DNA of 64,000 nt from Thermodesulfobacteriota bacterium (GTDB taxonomy: Bacteria > Desulfobacterota > Binatia > Bin18), in NCBI GenBank assembly GCA_964291405.2, contig OZ219926.1, positions 2,272,001 to 2,336,000 on the forward strand, given 5' to 3'. A program made the position numbers and the translations under genes. This document shows positions 47,795 to 55,918 of the stretch, piece by piece. The notes beneath the pieces were generated by a model. The model ran no database searches and was not told where the DNA came from. It saw only the letters and a program-made list of their open reading frames with translations. Each line of letters begins with the position of its first letter. Position 1 is the first letter of the stretch.

Positions 47795-48829
47795 TCAGGT
47801 CATCGCCGGCAACTCCCAATGACGCTGCTGTACGGCCCGGACGTTGGGGAGCAGACCCTGGCGTTCATACGCTGGGAGCGGATGGTCGAGCCGGGCACCG
47901 TCCATTTCGTCCAGAACGTGGATCACCGAAGTTTCCAGTCCTTCCAGATCGTAGCCGCCTTCGAGAATGGCGGCGCAACGGCCCTGGGCCTGATCCCGCG
48001 CCACGCGCAGGAGAATCCGTGCCAGGGCAGTAAAGCCCTCTGCCGTGACGGTCAGACCACCGAGTGGGTCACGGGCGTGGGCGTCAAAGCCGGCGGAGAT
48101 CAACACAAACTCGGGCTGAAACTGCCGACAAATAGGATCGATCACCTCTTCAAATAGGGGCACAATGGCGGCATCGCCCCAGCCGGCGCTGAGCGGCAGG
48201 TTGACGGTATAGCCCTCGCCGCTGCCTTGGCCGGCTTCTTCGGCGGCTCCTGTGCCGGGATAGTATGGATATTGATGGGTCGAGACGTACAGCACGCCAG
48301 GGTCATCGTAGAAACTGTGCTGGGTGCCGTTGCCATGGTGCAGGTCCCAATCCATCACCAGAATCCGGCTCAACCCGAACCGTTCCCGCAGATATTGCGC
48401 CCCAACCGCAACGCTGTTGAAGAGGCAAAAGCCCATGGCCCGGTTACGTTCGGCATGATGGCCGGGCGGTCGTACCAAGGCAAAACCGTTGTCCACCTCG
48501 CCCTCCATGACCGCATCCAGAATGGTCAGCAGACCGCCGGTGGCGAGCAGGGCTGTCTCATACGACTGCGCGGACACCCGCGTATCCGCGTCAAAGGCCG
48601 CAGCTTCGAGACCGGCAGAGGCAGCGACTTGGCCAATCAGGCTGGTATCGTGGACCAAAGCGATCTCCTCATGCGTCGCCCGTCTGGGCTCAAACCGTTT
48701 CAACCCGTCACGTTCGTAGGACGCGAAGCGGCTGAGTAGGGTACCGATCCGATCCGCCCGTTCCGGATGACCCGGACCTGGGTTGTGATCCTGATAGCGT
48801 GCGTCCAGCACGATTCCTGTCTGTAACAT
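47795..48829 (-). CDS. Histone deacetylase family protein
   Basis: HPER, RPPGHHA, DWDLHHGNGTQ, SAGFDAH, LEGGY. Confidence 0.94.
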   Translation of the reverse strand: MLQTGIVLDARYQDHNPGPGHPERADRIGTLLSRFASYERDGLKRFEPRRATHEEIALVHDTSLIGQVAASAGLEAAAFDADTRVSAQSYETALLATGGLLTILDAVMEGEVDNGFALVRPPGHHAERNRAMGFCLFNSVAVGAQYLRERFGLSRILVMDWDLHHGNGTQHSFYDDPGVLYVSTHQYPYYPGTGAAEEAGQGSGEGYTVNLPLSAGWGDAAIVPLFEEVIDPICRQFQPEFVLISAGFDAHARDPLGGLTVTAEGFTALARILLRVARDQAQGRCAAILEGGYDLEGLETSVIHVLDEMDGARLDHPLPAYERQGLLPNVRAVQQRHWELPAMT

Positions 48830-48910
48830 TGATCGCTCCTTACCGGGGCGGGGGTGTCCCCTCCTACCGTGTTCTGGCCATAACTTGCGCCAGTTTTTCG
48901 ATTATACTAC

Positions 48911-48964
48911 GAAGAGTAAACGTGTCCTCCACTAGACATACGATGCTGGACACGTTTACTCTTT
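48911..48964. mobile_element. 54-bp palindromic element, copy 4 (intergenic, upstream of tatA/B)
   Basis: Perfect 16-bp arms AAGAGTAAACGTGTCC / GGACACGTTTACTCTT (48912-48927, 48948-48963) with a 20-nt spacer. Confidence 0.85.
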
Positions 48965-48983
48965 TGTAACCCGAGAGGCAAAT

Positions 48984-49286
48984 ATGTTCGGAATCGGGAT
49001 GCCGGAATTGGTGGTGATTTTGGTCGTGGCGCTGATCGTCCTCGGGCCAAAGCGCCTGCCCGAAGCGGCCCGCGGTTTGGGTAAAGCCTTTGCCGAATTG
49101 CGCCGGGCAACAAGCGGGATTACCGAAGAGCTCGATAATGCCCAGATCATGCTGGACGAAGAAGTTCGTGCCGCCGAACGCAACGCACGGACCAGCTCTT
49201 CAGCCATGCCGTCCTCTGCCTCTTCCGCCTCACCCCAGTCTTTGGAAACACCAGAAAAGAAAGAGAGCACCGGAGGGGACAACTAG
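48984..49286 (+). CDS. Twin-arginine translocase TatA/TatB subunit
   Basis: MFGIGMPELVVILVVALIVLGPKRLP. Directly upstream of tatC. Confidence 0.92.
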   Translation: MFGIGMPELVVILVVALIVLGPKRLPEAARGLGKAFAELRRATSGITEELDNAQIMLDEEVRAAERNARTSSSAMPSSASSASPQSLETPEKKESTGGDN

Positions 49287-49289
49287 GAC

Positions 49290-50051
49290 ATGGTCTATGA
49301 CGACCGGTCCATGCCGCTCACCGGACATCTGGATGAGTTGCGCAGCCGCCTCATTCGGTCTTTGCTTGCCATCTTCATCGTCTTTCTGCCAGCCTATTTC
49401 TTTGCCAATGTGCTGTTTGCTTTTCTCGCTCAGCCCCTGCATCACATTACGACCGATCCCCATTCGCTGATTGGCACCAGTCCGACCGAAGCCTTCTTTA
49501 CAAAACTCAAGGTCGCTTTTATTGCCGCGCTCTTTGGTGCCAGTCCGGCTATTTTCTACCAACTCTGGCAGTTCGTTGCTCCAGGCTTATACCCACAGGA
49601 ACGCCGCTACGTATGGCCGTTTGTCATATTCTGTTCATTTTTTTTCGTGCTGGGGGCCGGCTTTTGTTATACCGTCGTCCTGCCGATTGCGTATGCGTTT
49701 TTTCTGGGAGAGTTCCACAGCATCGGGGTACAGGCAACCTTAAAGATCAGCGAGTATCTGACATTTACGGCCAGAACGCTACTCGCCTTTGGGGTCACGT
49801 TTGAACTGCCCGTCTTCGCCTTTTTCTTTGCCCGTGTGGGGCTTATCACCCACCATACCCTCATTGGCGCCTTCCGTTATGCCGCGGTTGGCGTATTCAT
49901 CCTGGCCGCCATCCTCACCCCGCCCGACGCCATCTCCCAAATGCTCCTCGCCGGCCCGCTGCTCCTGCTGTATGTGCTCAGCATCGGGGTAGCCTATATG
50001 TTTGGGAAAGAAGCCAGTGAGGGGACGGAGCCGGAGGAAACTGACGAGTAA
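49290..50051 (+). CDS. tatC: Twin-arginine translocase TatC
   Basis: HLDELRSRL, FVAPGLY, FELP, LTPPD. Confidence 0.95.
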   Translation: MVYDDRSMPLTGHLDELRSRLIRSLLAIFIVFLPAYFFANVLFAFLAQPLHHITTDPHSLIGTSPTEAFFTKLKVAFIAALFGASPAIFYQLWQFVAPGLYPQERRYVWPFVIFCSFFFVLGAGFCYTVVLPIAYAFFLGEFHSIGVQATLKISEYLTFTARTLLAFGVTFELPVFAFFFARVGLITHHTLIGAFRYAAVGVFILAAILTPPDAISQMLLAGPLLLLYVLSIGVAYMFGKEASEGTEPEETDE

Positions 50052-50117
50052 CGGCCTTTTTGATAGGCCAGCGTTTCCAAGCGAGCGAAGAGATCTAGTA
50101 CGGCTCTGATTGATACA

Positions 50118-50151
50118 TCCACAATTATATTCTATAGGATATAATTGTGGA
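50118..50151. promoter_or_regulatory. 34-bp palindrome over the TA promoter and start codon (likely antitoxin operator)
   Basis: TCCACAATTATAT-TCTATAGG-ATATAATTGTGGA with perfect 13-bp arms. It contains TATAAT and the GTG start. Confidence 0.7.
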
Positions 50152-50530
50152 CAACAGACTCGATCCCAAACCCCTGCACTTTGTGGGTGACAGTGATAGA
50201 AATTTGCGGGGCTTTCCGAAGGAAGTCCGCGAGGTCATGGGACAAGCACTCTGGGCAGCCCAACTCGGCAAGAAGCATCCGGACGCAAAACCCCTCAAAG
50301 GATTCACCGGAGCCGGTGTCTTAGAGATTGTCTCCGATTATGACACCGATACCTATCGTGGGGTCTACACCGTGAAGCTGGCCGGTGTGGGGTACGTACT
50401 CCATACGTTTCAGAAGAAGTCAAAGCGCGGTATCCAAACTACCAAGCAGGATATTGTACTGATACGACAACGTCTGAGGGCTGCCGAGCAGCATTATCGA
50501 GAGCAGTACGCTCCGGGGAGAAAGCCATGA
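50147..50530 (+). CDS. Type II toxin, RelE/HigB (Gp49-like) family
   Basis: KPLKGF.GAGVLEI, TYRGVY, VLHTFQKKSK. ATGA overlap with the HTH gene. Confidence 0.9.
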   Translation: MDNRLDPKPLHFVGDSDRNLRGFPKEVREVMGQALWAAQLGKKHPDAKPLKGFTGAGVLEIVSDYDTDTYRGVYTVKLAGVGYVLHTFQKKSKRGIQTTKQDIVLIRQRLRAAEQHYREQYAPGRKP

Positions 50531-50868
50531 GTACAGATATCAAAGTAACGCCTTCAAGCGGAAACGTGTTCGCTGACCTCAATCTGCCAAATCCAGAGGA
50601 GCGCTTAGTGAAAGCGACCATCGCCTTGAGCATTGGAGAGCTGATTGAGAAACGGGGCCTCACCCAAGAGGAAGCGGGGACTATTCTTGGGTTGCCACAA
50701 CCGAGCGTCTCGAACCTAGTTCGGGGCAAACTAGGGAAGTTCACAATCGACCGGCTGCTCCGCTACATGCGGAAGCTCGACTACGACGTCACTATCAGCT
50801 TTAAGCCCAAGCCCAAATCCCGCGATCAGGCCACAATACATGTCAAGGGAGCGCCTCTGCCAGCTTAG
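50527..50868 (+). CDS. XRE/HTH antitoxin (HigA-like)
   Basis: SSGNVFADL, LTQEEAGTILGLPQPSVSNL, FTIDRL. Confidence 0.9.
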   Translation: MSTDIKVTPSSGNVFADLNLPNPEERLVKATIALSIGELIEKRGLTQEEAGTILGLPQPSVSNLVRGKLGKFTIDRLLRYMRKLDYDVTISFKPKPKSRDQATIHVKGAPLPA

Positions 50869-50917
50869 TTCACCTCTTGAGATTATTGCCAGTATTCGTT
50901 CGTTTTTCCATATACCT

Positions 50918-51403
50918 TCACACCAACCGCTGCTCGCAATTCTGACGTTGGCTACAGTTTCGGCACTTGGCTGGCGTAGCAGGTGGGGAGAGAGGTTCGT
51001 CGAGCTGTTGACGGTGCGCTCGAATGCGTTCCGCAATACCAATCACCCGTGAACGCAGCCTGCGCGTGTTTTTCACCTTGATCCGCTCACCGTCTCTCAA
51101 AATGATGAAGCCGTAGGGGGGCCGGACGCCGTACTCTTCTTCGACTAATACCAGATACACACCGAGTTGGGCTTGGTAGCTCTCGTTCATCTGTCGTCCG
51201 GACTTCTTTTCTTCTGGAATAAAATATCGACCACGCTGGACAATCCGGTCCGGTTGCCCGCGGAGCATATAACGCTCAGAAGACAGCCGCACATCATCGT
51301 GGCTGACGGTCTTGCCGTAGCCAAAGCCGGCCCGGCGACGACCGATGAGGGCGAAGGCAAAAAGCAGGACGGAGAGGCTGAGCAGCAGCGTCAGGATAAT
51401 CAT
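50918..51403 (-). CDS. Cas4-like PD-(D/E)XK nuclease, C-terminal part, with N-terminal TM helix
   Basis: TM IILTLLLSLSVLLFAFALI, GQPD, EKK, QLGVY, CxxC-x5-C. Its ATG overlaps the upstream TGA (TGATG). Confidence 0.85.
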   Translation of the reverse strand: MIILTLLLSLSVLLFAFALIGRRRAGFGYGKTVSHDDVRLSSERYMLRGQPDRIVQRGRYFIPEEKKSGRQMNESYQAQLGVYLVLVEEEYGVRPPYGFIILRDGERIKVKNTRRLRSRVIGIAERIRAHRQQLDEPLSPPATPAKCRNCSQRQNCEQRLV

Positions 51404-51648
51404 CACGATAGGTAGACACGGAGCAGGATGCAGGCCAAGGCGATACCCGCCACAATGAGAGCGGCTCGCATGAGCCGGGCAGTCAGGCGTTCGACCCGTT
51501 GCCATGCGGCGTGCGTTTCCGTGCCCCGGCGGAGCGCCCACACACTACCCGGCGGGATTTTGAGTCCATGCGTCAGCCGCCAGGCTTCCTCGCAATAGAC
51601 GTAGGTTCCTATTTCACTTGCGGTGACCCACTCGCCGTGTTTGGCCAT
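51403..51648 (-). CDS. Cas4-like N-terminal fragment with C-terminal TM helix
   Basis: VTASEIGTYVYCEEAWRL (first Fe-S Cys), RRGTETH (GxxxH), then TM AALIVAGIALACILL. Confidence 0.8.
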   Translation of the reverse strand: MAKHGEWVTASEIGTYVYCEEAWRLTHGLKIPPGSVWALRRGTETHAAWQRVERLTARLMRAALIVAGIALACILLRVYLS

Positions 51649-51696
51649 AGGCGATCCGGTATGGAGACACGGAGGTGGTGAGACCGATGATCCACC

Positions 51697-51972
51697 TTAC
51701 GCTGAGTCCGTAGTCCCCGGGTGCATTTTCTCCATTAACCAGTCGTCATACGCGGTCGGACGGGGGACTTGGTGCCAGTCCATATGCTGACGCAGGGATT
51801 CGAGCGCGGCCCAAGCGTCATCAAGAAAGTCCGGCACGATCAGGAGCACAATAATGGCCTGGGTATTGTCGATCGTGCGGACAATGCCGAATTCTTCGTA
51901 GGACTCGATGACACATTTGATGAGCGCAATATCGGCCCGCTCAACCCGCAAATAAATATCGACCAGCTCCAT
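51697..51972 (-). CDS. DUF4911-like small protein
   Basis: IYLRVERADIALIKCVIESYEEFGIVRTID pattern. Confidence 0.7.
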   Translation of the reverse strand: MELVDIYLRVERADIALIKCVIESYEEFGIVRTIDNTQAIIVLLIVPDFLDDAWAALESLRQHMDWHQVPRPTAYDDWLMEKMHPGTTDSA

Positions 51973-52086
51973 GTCCGCACCAGTACTGCGTGCACGGGCT
52001 GGAGTCAAGCTTGACGTGACACCGGCGGCCTACTAGAGTCTGACTCTGCTGTGTCGGATCTATCCGGCCGGAAATAAGGAGGGAGT

Positions 52087-53292
52087 ATGCCGGGTGCCTT
52101 ATCAGGTTTTCGGATCATTGAATGTGGCGAGATGGTCTCCGCCGCCTACGCGAGTAAGCTCATGGCCGACATGGGCGCAGAAGTCATTAAGATTGAGTCG
52201 CCGCACGGGGGAGACACAGCCCGTCAGCGCGGTCCATTTCCAGGCGGAGAGCCACACACGGAAAAGAGCGGGCTGTATCTTTTCCTGAACACCAATAAAC
52301 GTGGGATCACGCTCGACCTGGAACAGACCCAGGGCCAGGAGGTCTTTCAGCGTCTTGTCAAAGACGCGGACCTGCTTATCCATAATGTCCATCCCAAGCA
52401 TATGCCGACCGTTGGTTTAGACTACGGTCGCCTGGCGGCCATCAATCCCGGCCTGGTCATGACCTCAATCACGCCTTTTGGTATCAGGGGACCGCATACG
52501 GAGTATGAGGCGTCTGACCTCACCCTGTGGAATGCGGGCGGGCTGTGCTTTCTGAACGGTGGGGGGCCGGGCACCGACCATCTCCCGCCGCTCAAGGCAT
52601 TTGGCCAGCAGTCCGGGTTTACGGCTGGGGTGCACGCCGCGGTTGCGTCGCTCGGCGCACTGTTTGCCGGACTGCGCGGCGGGTTGGGCCAGCACGTCGA
52701 GTTCTCTGTCCAGGAGTGCCTGATGGGCATCTCGGAGTTCGGCACTATGATGGCCTCCTACGCCGGTGTAGCGGTAACGCGGCTGGGGCATAAACCAATC
52801 CAGCCGCTGGATCTGTTGGAATGCAAAGACGGCTGGATCTTCATCTGCTGTGTGGAGGAGCATCACTGGCACTCGTTTGTGGATCTGATGGACAACCCGG
52901 AGTGGGCCGCCGAGCCTCTCTTCGAGGATCGACTGAAGCGGGGCGAGAGTTGGGACGCGCTCAAACTGCTCATCCAGGACTGGGTCAAGGATTTCACGGT
53001 CCAGGACTTGTATCTCAAGGCGCAGGCGCGCCGGATTCCCTTTGCTCCGGTCTCAACCATGGGCTATTTGTTGAACTCCGACCACCTCAACGCCCGCGGC
53101 TTTTTTGTCCAACTCGATCATCCCGAAGCGGGCAGCCTGACCTATCCGGGCGCACCCCATATCTGCTCGGAAACACCGTGGGAACTGCGTCGTCCGGCTC
53201 CGTGTTTGGGACAGCATAACACCGAGGTCTATACCGAACTCGGCATGACCGCCCAGGACCTGGCTACGTTGCAGCGAGCCGGTGCCGTCTAG
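52087..53292 (+). CDS. CaiB/BaiF family III CoA-transferase, first subunit of a tandem pair
   Basis: MADMGAEVIKIE, NTNKRGITLDL, APCLGQHN. AAGGAGG RBS. Confidence 0.92.
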   Translation: MPGALSGFRIIECGEMVSAAYASKLMADMGAEVIKIESPHGGDTARQRGPFPGGEPHTEKSGLYLFLNTNKRGITLDLEQTQGQEVFQRLVKDADLLIHNVHPKHMPTVGLDYGRLAAINPGLVMTSITPFGIRGPHTEYEASDLTLWNAGGLCFLNGGGPGTDHLPPLKAFGQQSGFTAGVHAAVASLGALFAGLRGGLGQHVEFSVQECLMGISEFGTMMASYAGVAVTRLGHKPIQPLDLLECKDGWIFICCVEEHHWHSFVDLMDNPEWAAEPLFEDRLKRGESWDALKLLIQDWVKDFTVQDLYLKAQARRIPFAPVSTMGYLLNSDHLNARGFFVQLDHPEAGSLTYPGAPHICSETPWELRRPAPCLGQHNTEVYTELGMTAQDLATLQRAGAV

Positions 53293-53315
53293 GAAGAAGG
53301 CAAAAGGAGAAGATC

Positions 53316-54530
53316 ATGAGCCGACCACCGTTGGATGGAATCCGTGTTGCTGACTTTTGCTGGGCCTGGGCCGGCCCCTATGGTGCCCTGCAACTGGCCC
53401 ACCTGGGCGCGGACGTCATTCGGATCGAAAGCGCAAAGCGCTTATGTCCGTCGCGCCTTATTCCGCCCTGGCCGGACAACGAATCGGGCGTGAACCGGGC
53501 GGGCTATTTTAACCAGTACAATCAGGGGAAGCGTTCCCTCACCCTGGACCTGAAAGCCCCGGAAGCCATTGATATTGCGAAAACGCTAGTCTCAAAAAGC
53601 GATATCGTCATGAATAATTTTGCCTCTGGGGTGATGGAAAAACTCGGGGTGGGCTACGACGTCCTGCGCCGCATCAAGCCCGACATCATCATGGTCTCTC
53701 TCCCCGGCTATGGAACGAGCGGACCGGAAAAAGACTTTGTGTCCTACGGCCCACCGCAGGTCGCCCAGAGCGGCCTGTCGGCCTTGACCGGCTATGTCGG
53801 CGGGCCGCCCATGATGGCCGGTTTTTCCTACGGCGACCCCAACGGCGGTGTCCATGCCACGTTTGCCGTCATGGCTGCCTTGCTCCACCGTGAAAAAACC
53901 GGCCAGGGCCAGTACATCGATCTCTCCCAATGGGAGGCGGCGATCATGCTATTGCCCGAAGCCCTCATGGACTACAGCATGAACGGCACCCAGCCCGAAC
54001 GGATGGGCAATCGCGACCCTCATATGGCACCCCACGGCGTCTTTCGCTCCAAAGGTGACGACCGATGGGTAAGTCTGTCGGTTCGAGACGAGGCAGAATG
54101 GCAACGCTTGTGTGAGGTCATGGGCCAACCCGAGCTCAGCTCGGACGCGCGTTTCACCACCCTTGCCGCACGGAAGGAAAATGAGGCGGCCCTGGAAGAA
54201 ATCGTCACGGCCTGGACTCAGGAGCGCACGGCGGACGAGGCCACCCAGGCGCTGCAGAACGCCGGCATTCCCGCCTATCCGGCGCTTGACGCGATTGACA
54301 TGGTCAACAACCCGCACGTTGGCGCGCGGGATTATTTTGTGGAACTGGAACACCCGGAGGTGGGCACCCGCCGGCATATGGGCATACCCTGGACCATGTC
54401 CCGCACACCGTGTGAGATACGGCGTCCGGCTCCTTGCCTGGGCCAGGATACGGATACAGTCCTGACCGATATAGTCGGCCTGAGTCAGGACGAGATCGCT
54501 GCGCTTCGAGAAAAGGATATCCTGACCTAG
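53316..54530 (+). CDS. CaiB/BaiF family III CoA-transferase, second subunit of a tandem pair
   Basis: DFCWAWAGP, NQGKRS, SYGDPNGG (catalytic Asp). Confidence 0.92.
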   Translation: MSRPPLDGIRVADFCWAWAGPYGALQLAHLGADVIRIESAKRLCPSRLIPPWPDNESGVNRAGYFNQYNQGKRSLTLDLKAPEAIDIAKTLVSKSDIVMNNFASGVMEKLGVGYDVLRRIKPDIIMVSLPGYGTSGPEKDFVSYGPPQVAQSGLSALTGYVGGPPMMAGFSYGDPNGGVHATFAVMAALLHREKTGQGQYIDLSQWEAAIMLLPEALMDYSMNGTQPERMGNRDPHMAPHGVFRSKGDDRWVSLSVRDEAEWQRLCEVMGQPELSSDARFTTLAARKENEAALEEIVTAWTQERTADEATQALQNAGIPAYPALDAIDMVNNPHVGARDYFVELEHPEVGTRRHMGIPWTMSRTPCEIRRPAPCLGQDTDTVLTDIVGLSQDEIAALREKDILT

Positions 54531-54568
54531 ATAGGGAGGAGGGTGGACCGGCTGCGCAAAGCGTCATC

Positions 54569-54623
54569 AAAGAGTAAACGTGTCCAGCAGTTTGATATCA
54601 ATTGGAGGATACGTTTACTCTTT
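54569..54623. mobile_element. 55-bp palindromic element, copy 5 (intergenic, between convergent genes)
   Basis: AAAGAGTAAACGTGTCC-21 nt-GGATACGTTTACTCTTT. Confidence 0.85.
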
Positions 54624-54639
54624 CAGTCCGTCCCCTGTT

Positions 54640-55749
54640 TTATAATCCGTACAAACGCCGCGCATTCTCATAGGTAATCTTGCGCTTGACCTCGGCGGGA
54701 ATGCCGGCAAAATTCTGCTCTATCACCGCCCGCGAGCGCGGCCAGGTTGAGGCGCGATGGGGGAAATCCGAGGCCCACATCAGATTGTCCGCGCCGCTCA
54801 GGTCATAGGTCCTCACCCCGGCCCGGTCGTCTTGAAAGGTGGCATAGATCTGCCGTTTGAAATACTCGCTAGGCAGAAGGGCATTCGGAGTTGGGTCCAC
54901 ATACTTGAGCGTTTCGGACGAGATGTCCAGACGACTCAAATAATGAGCGATCCAGCCAATATCGTTTTCTGCGGAAACCAGCTTCAGCCTGGGAAAACGT
55001 TCGCACACGCCGTTGTAAATCAGGTCGGTCAACGAGTTTTGGACCTCGTGAATAATAGACATATTTGAGGCGACCCGTCCCTTCTTGAGCCGGATGTTTT
55101 GCTTACCAGTAAGAATATGCAGGCTCACCGGCAGGTCTAAATCCTGAGCGGCCGCCCAGAACGTATCAAAGGAGGTATCGCTGTAGGGCACCTCCCGGGG
55201 AGAGGTCGCGTTAATCATGATCCCGCGCAATCCCTTATTGGCAATGCGCTGTAACTCGCCTACGGCCTGCTCGACATCCTGCATGGCAATCAGCCCCAAA
55301 CCAATCAGGCGCTGGGGGGCGTGACTGACAAATTCGGCTATCCAGTCGTTATAGGCCCGGAAGCACGCCCACTGAAGGTTGGCGTCTTTGAGGTGGAAGA
55401 GGAACATGCCGAGGGTCGTGTACAGCACTTCTCCCTCGACCCCGTCGATATCCTGATCCTTGAGCCGTTCGACCGGGTCCCAACCGCTCGGACGTGCCTG
55501 CTCGTAGCCGACGTTCTGATTGGTCGCCAAGTCTTTGGGGTCCTTGCCCGCGGCAAACCCGCCACCCACGGGAAAGGGGACGAGGCCTTCCGCAACAAAA
55601 AAGCTGCCCTGCTTGTCTTGATAGTCCTTGATGACGCGCGGCGCCCGATCTCGAAAGCCCCGGTCTACGCGTTGCACCCAGAGATCCGCAGGCTCTATGG
55701 TGTGCGAGTCTGCCGAAAAAATCGTGCTTGGTGTTGCATCCTGTGCCAT
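54640..55749 (-). CDS. Amidohydrolase_2 family protein
   Basis: SADSH, RAYNDW, SLHIL, RFPRLK, WASDFPH, ENARRLYGL. Confidence 0.88.
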   Translation of the reverse strand: MAQDATPSTIFSADSHTIEPADLWVQRVDRGFRDRAPRVIKDYQDKQGSFFVAEGLVPFPVGGGFAAGKDPKDLATNQNVGYEQARPSGWDPVERLKDQDIDGVEGEVLYTTLGMFLFHLKDANLQWACFRAYNDWIAEFVSHAPQRLIGLGLIAMQDVEQAVGELQRIANKGLRGIMINATSPREVPYSDTSFDTFWAAAQDLDLPVSLHILTGKQNIRLKKGRVASNMSIIHEVQNSLTDLIYNGVCERFPRLKLVSAENDIGWIAHYLSRLDISSETLKYVDPTPNALLPSEYFKRQIYATFQDDRAGVRTYDLSGADNLMWASDFPHRASTWPRSRAVIEQNFAGIPAEVKRKITYENARRLYGL

Positions 55750-55918
55750 ACTGTCTCCCTTCCTTTGTAGCCGCAATTATCCTGCGGTTGGCTGGGAAAT
55801 GTCAATCCGACCGAACTGTTCTAGGGGCATTCCGCTCGCCCGGTGGCATGGGGTGTATAGACACACGGGTGAACGATAGAATCTGCCCCTGAATCTATTG
55901 AGGGAGTGGGAGATTCCC

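Noticed and set aside
50918-51648. CRISPR-Cas locus suggested by the Cas4-like genes
   Set aside because: No cas1, cas2 or effector genes and no repeat-spacer array anywhere in the window.
50100-52000. Prophage or integrative island around the TA and Cas4-like genes
   Set aside because: No integrase, att-like repeats, tRNA or phage genes were found.
5475-54623. 54-bp palindromes as CRISPR repeats, terminators or transcription-factor sites
   Set aside because: They are dispersed rather than arrayed, have conserved oriented spacers, and three lie inside ORFs, one as a clear insertion relative to a paralog.
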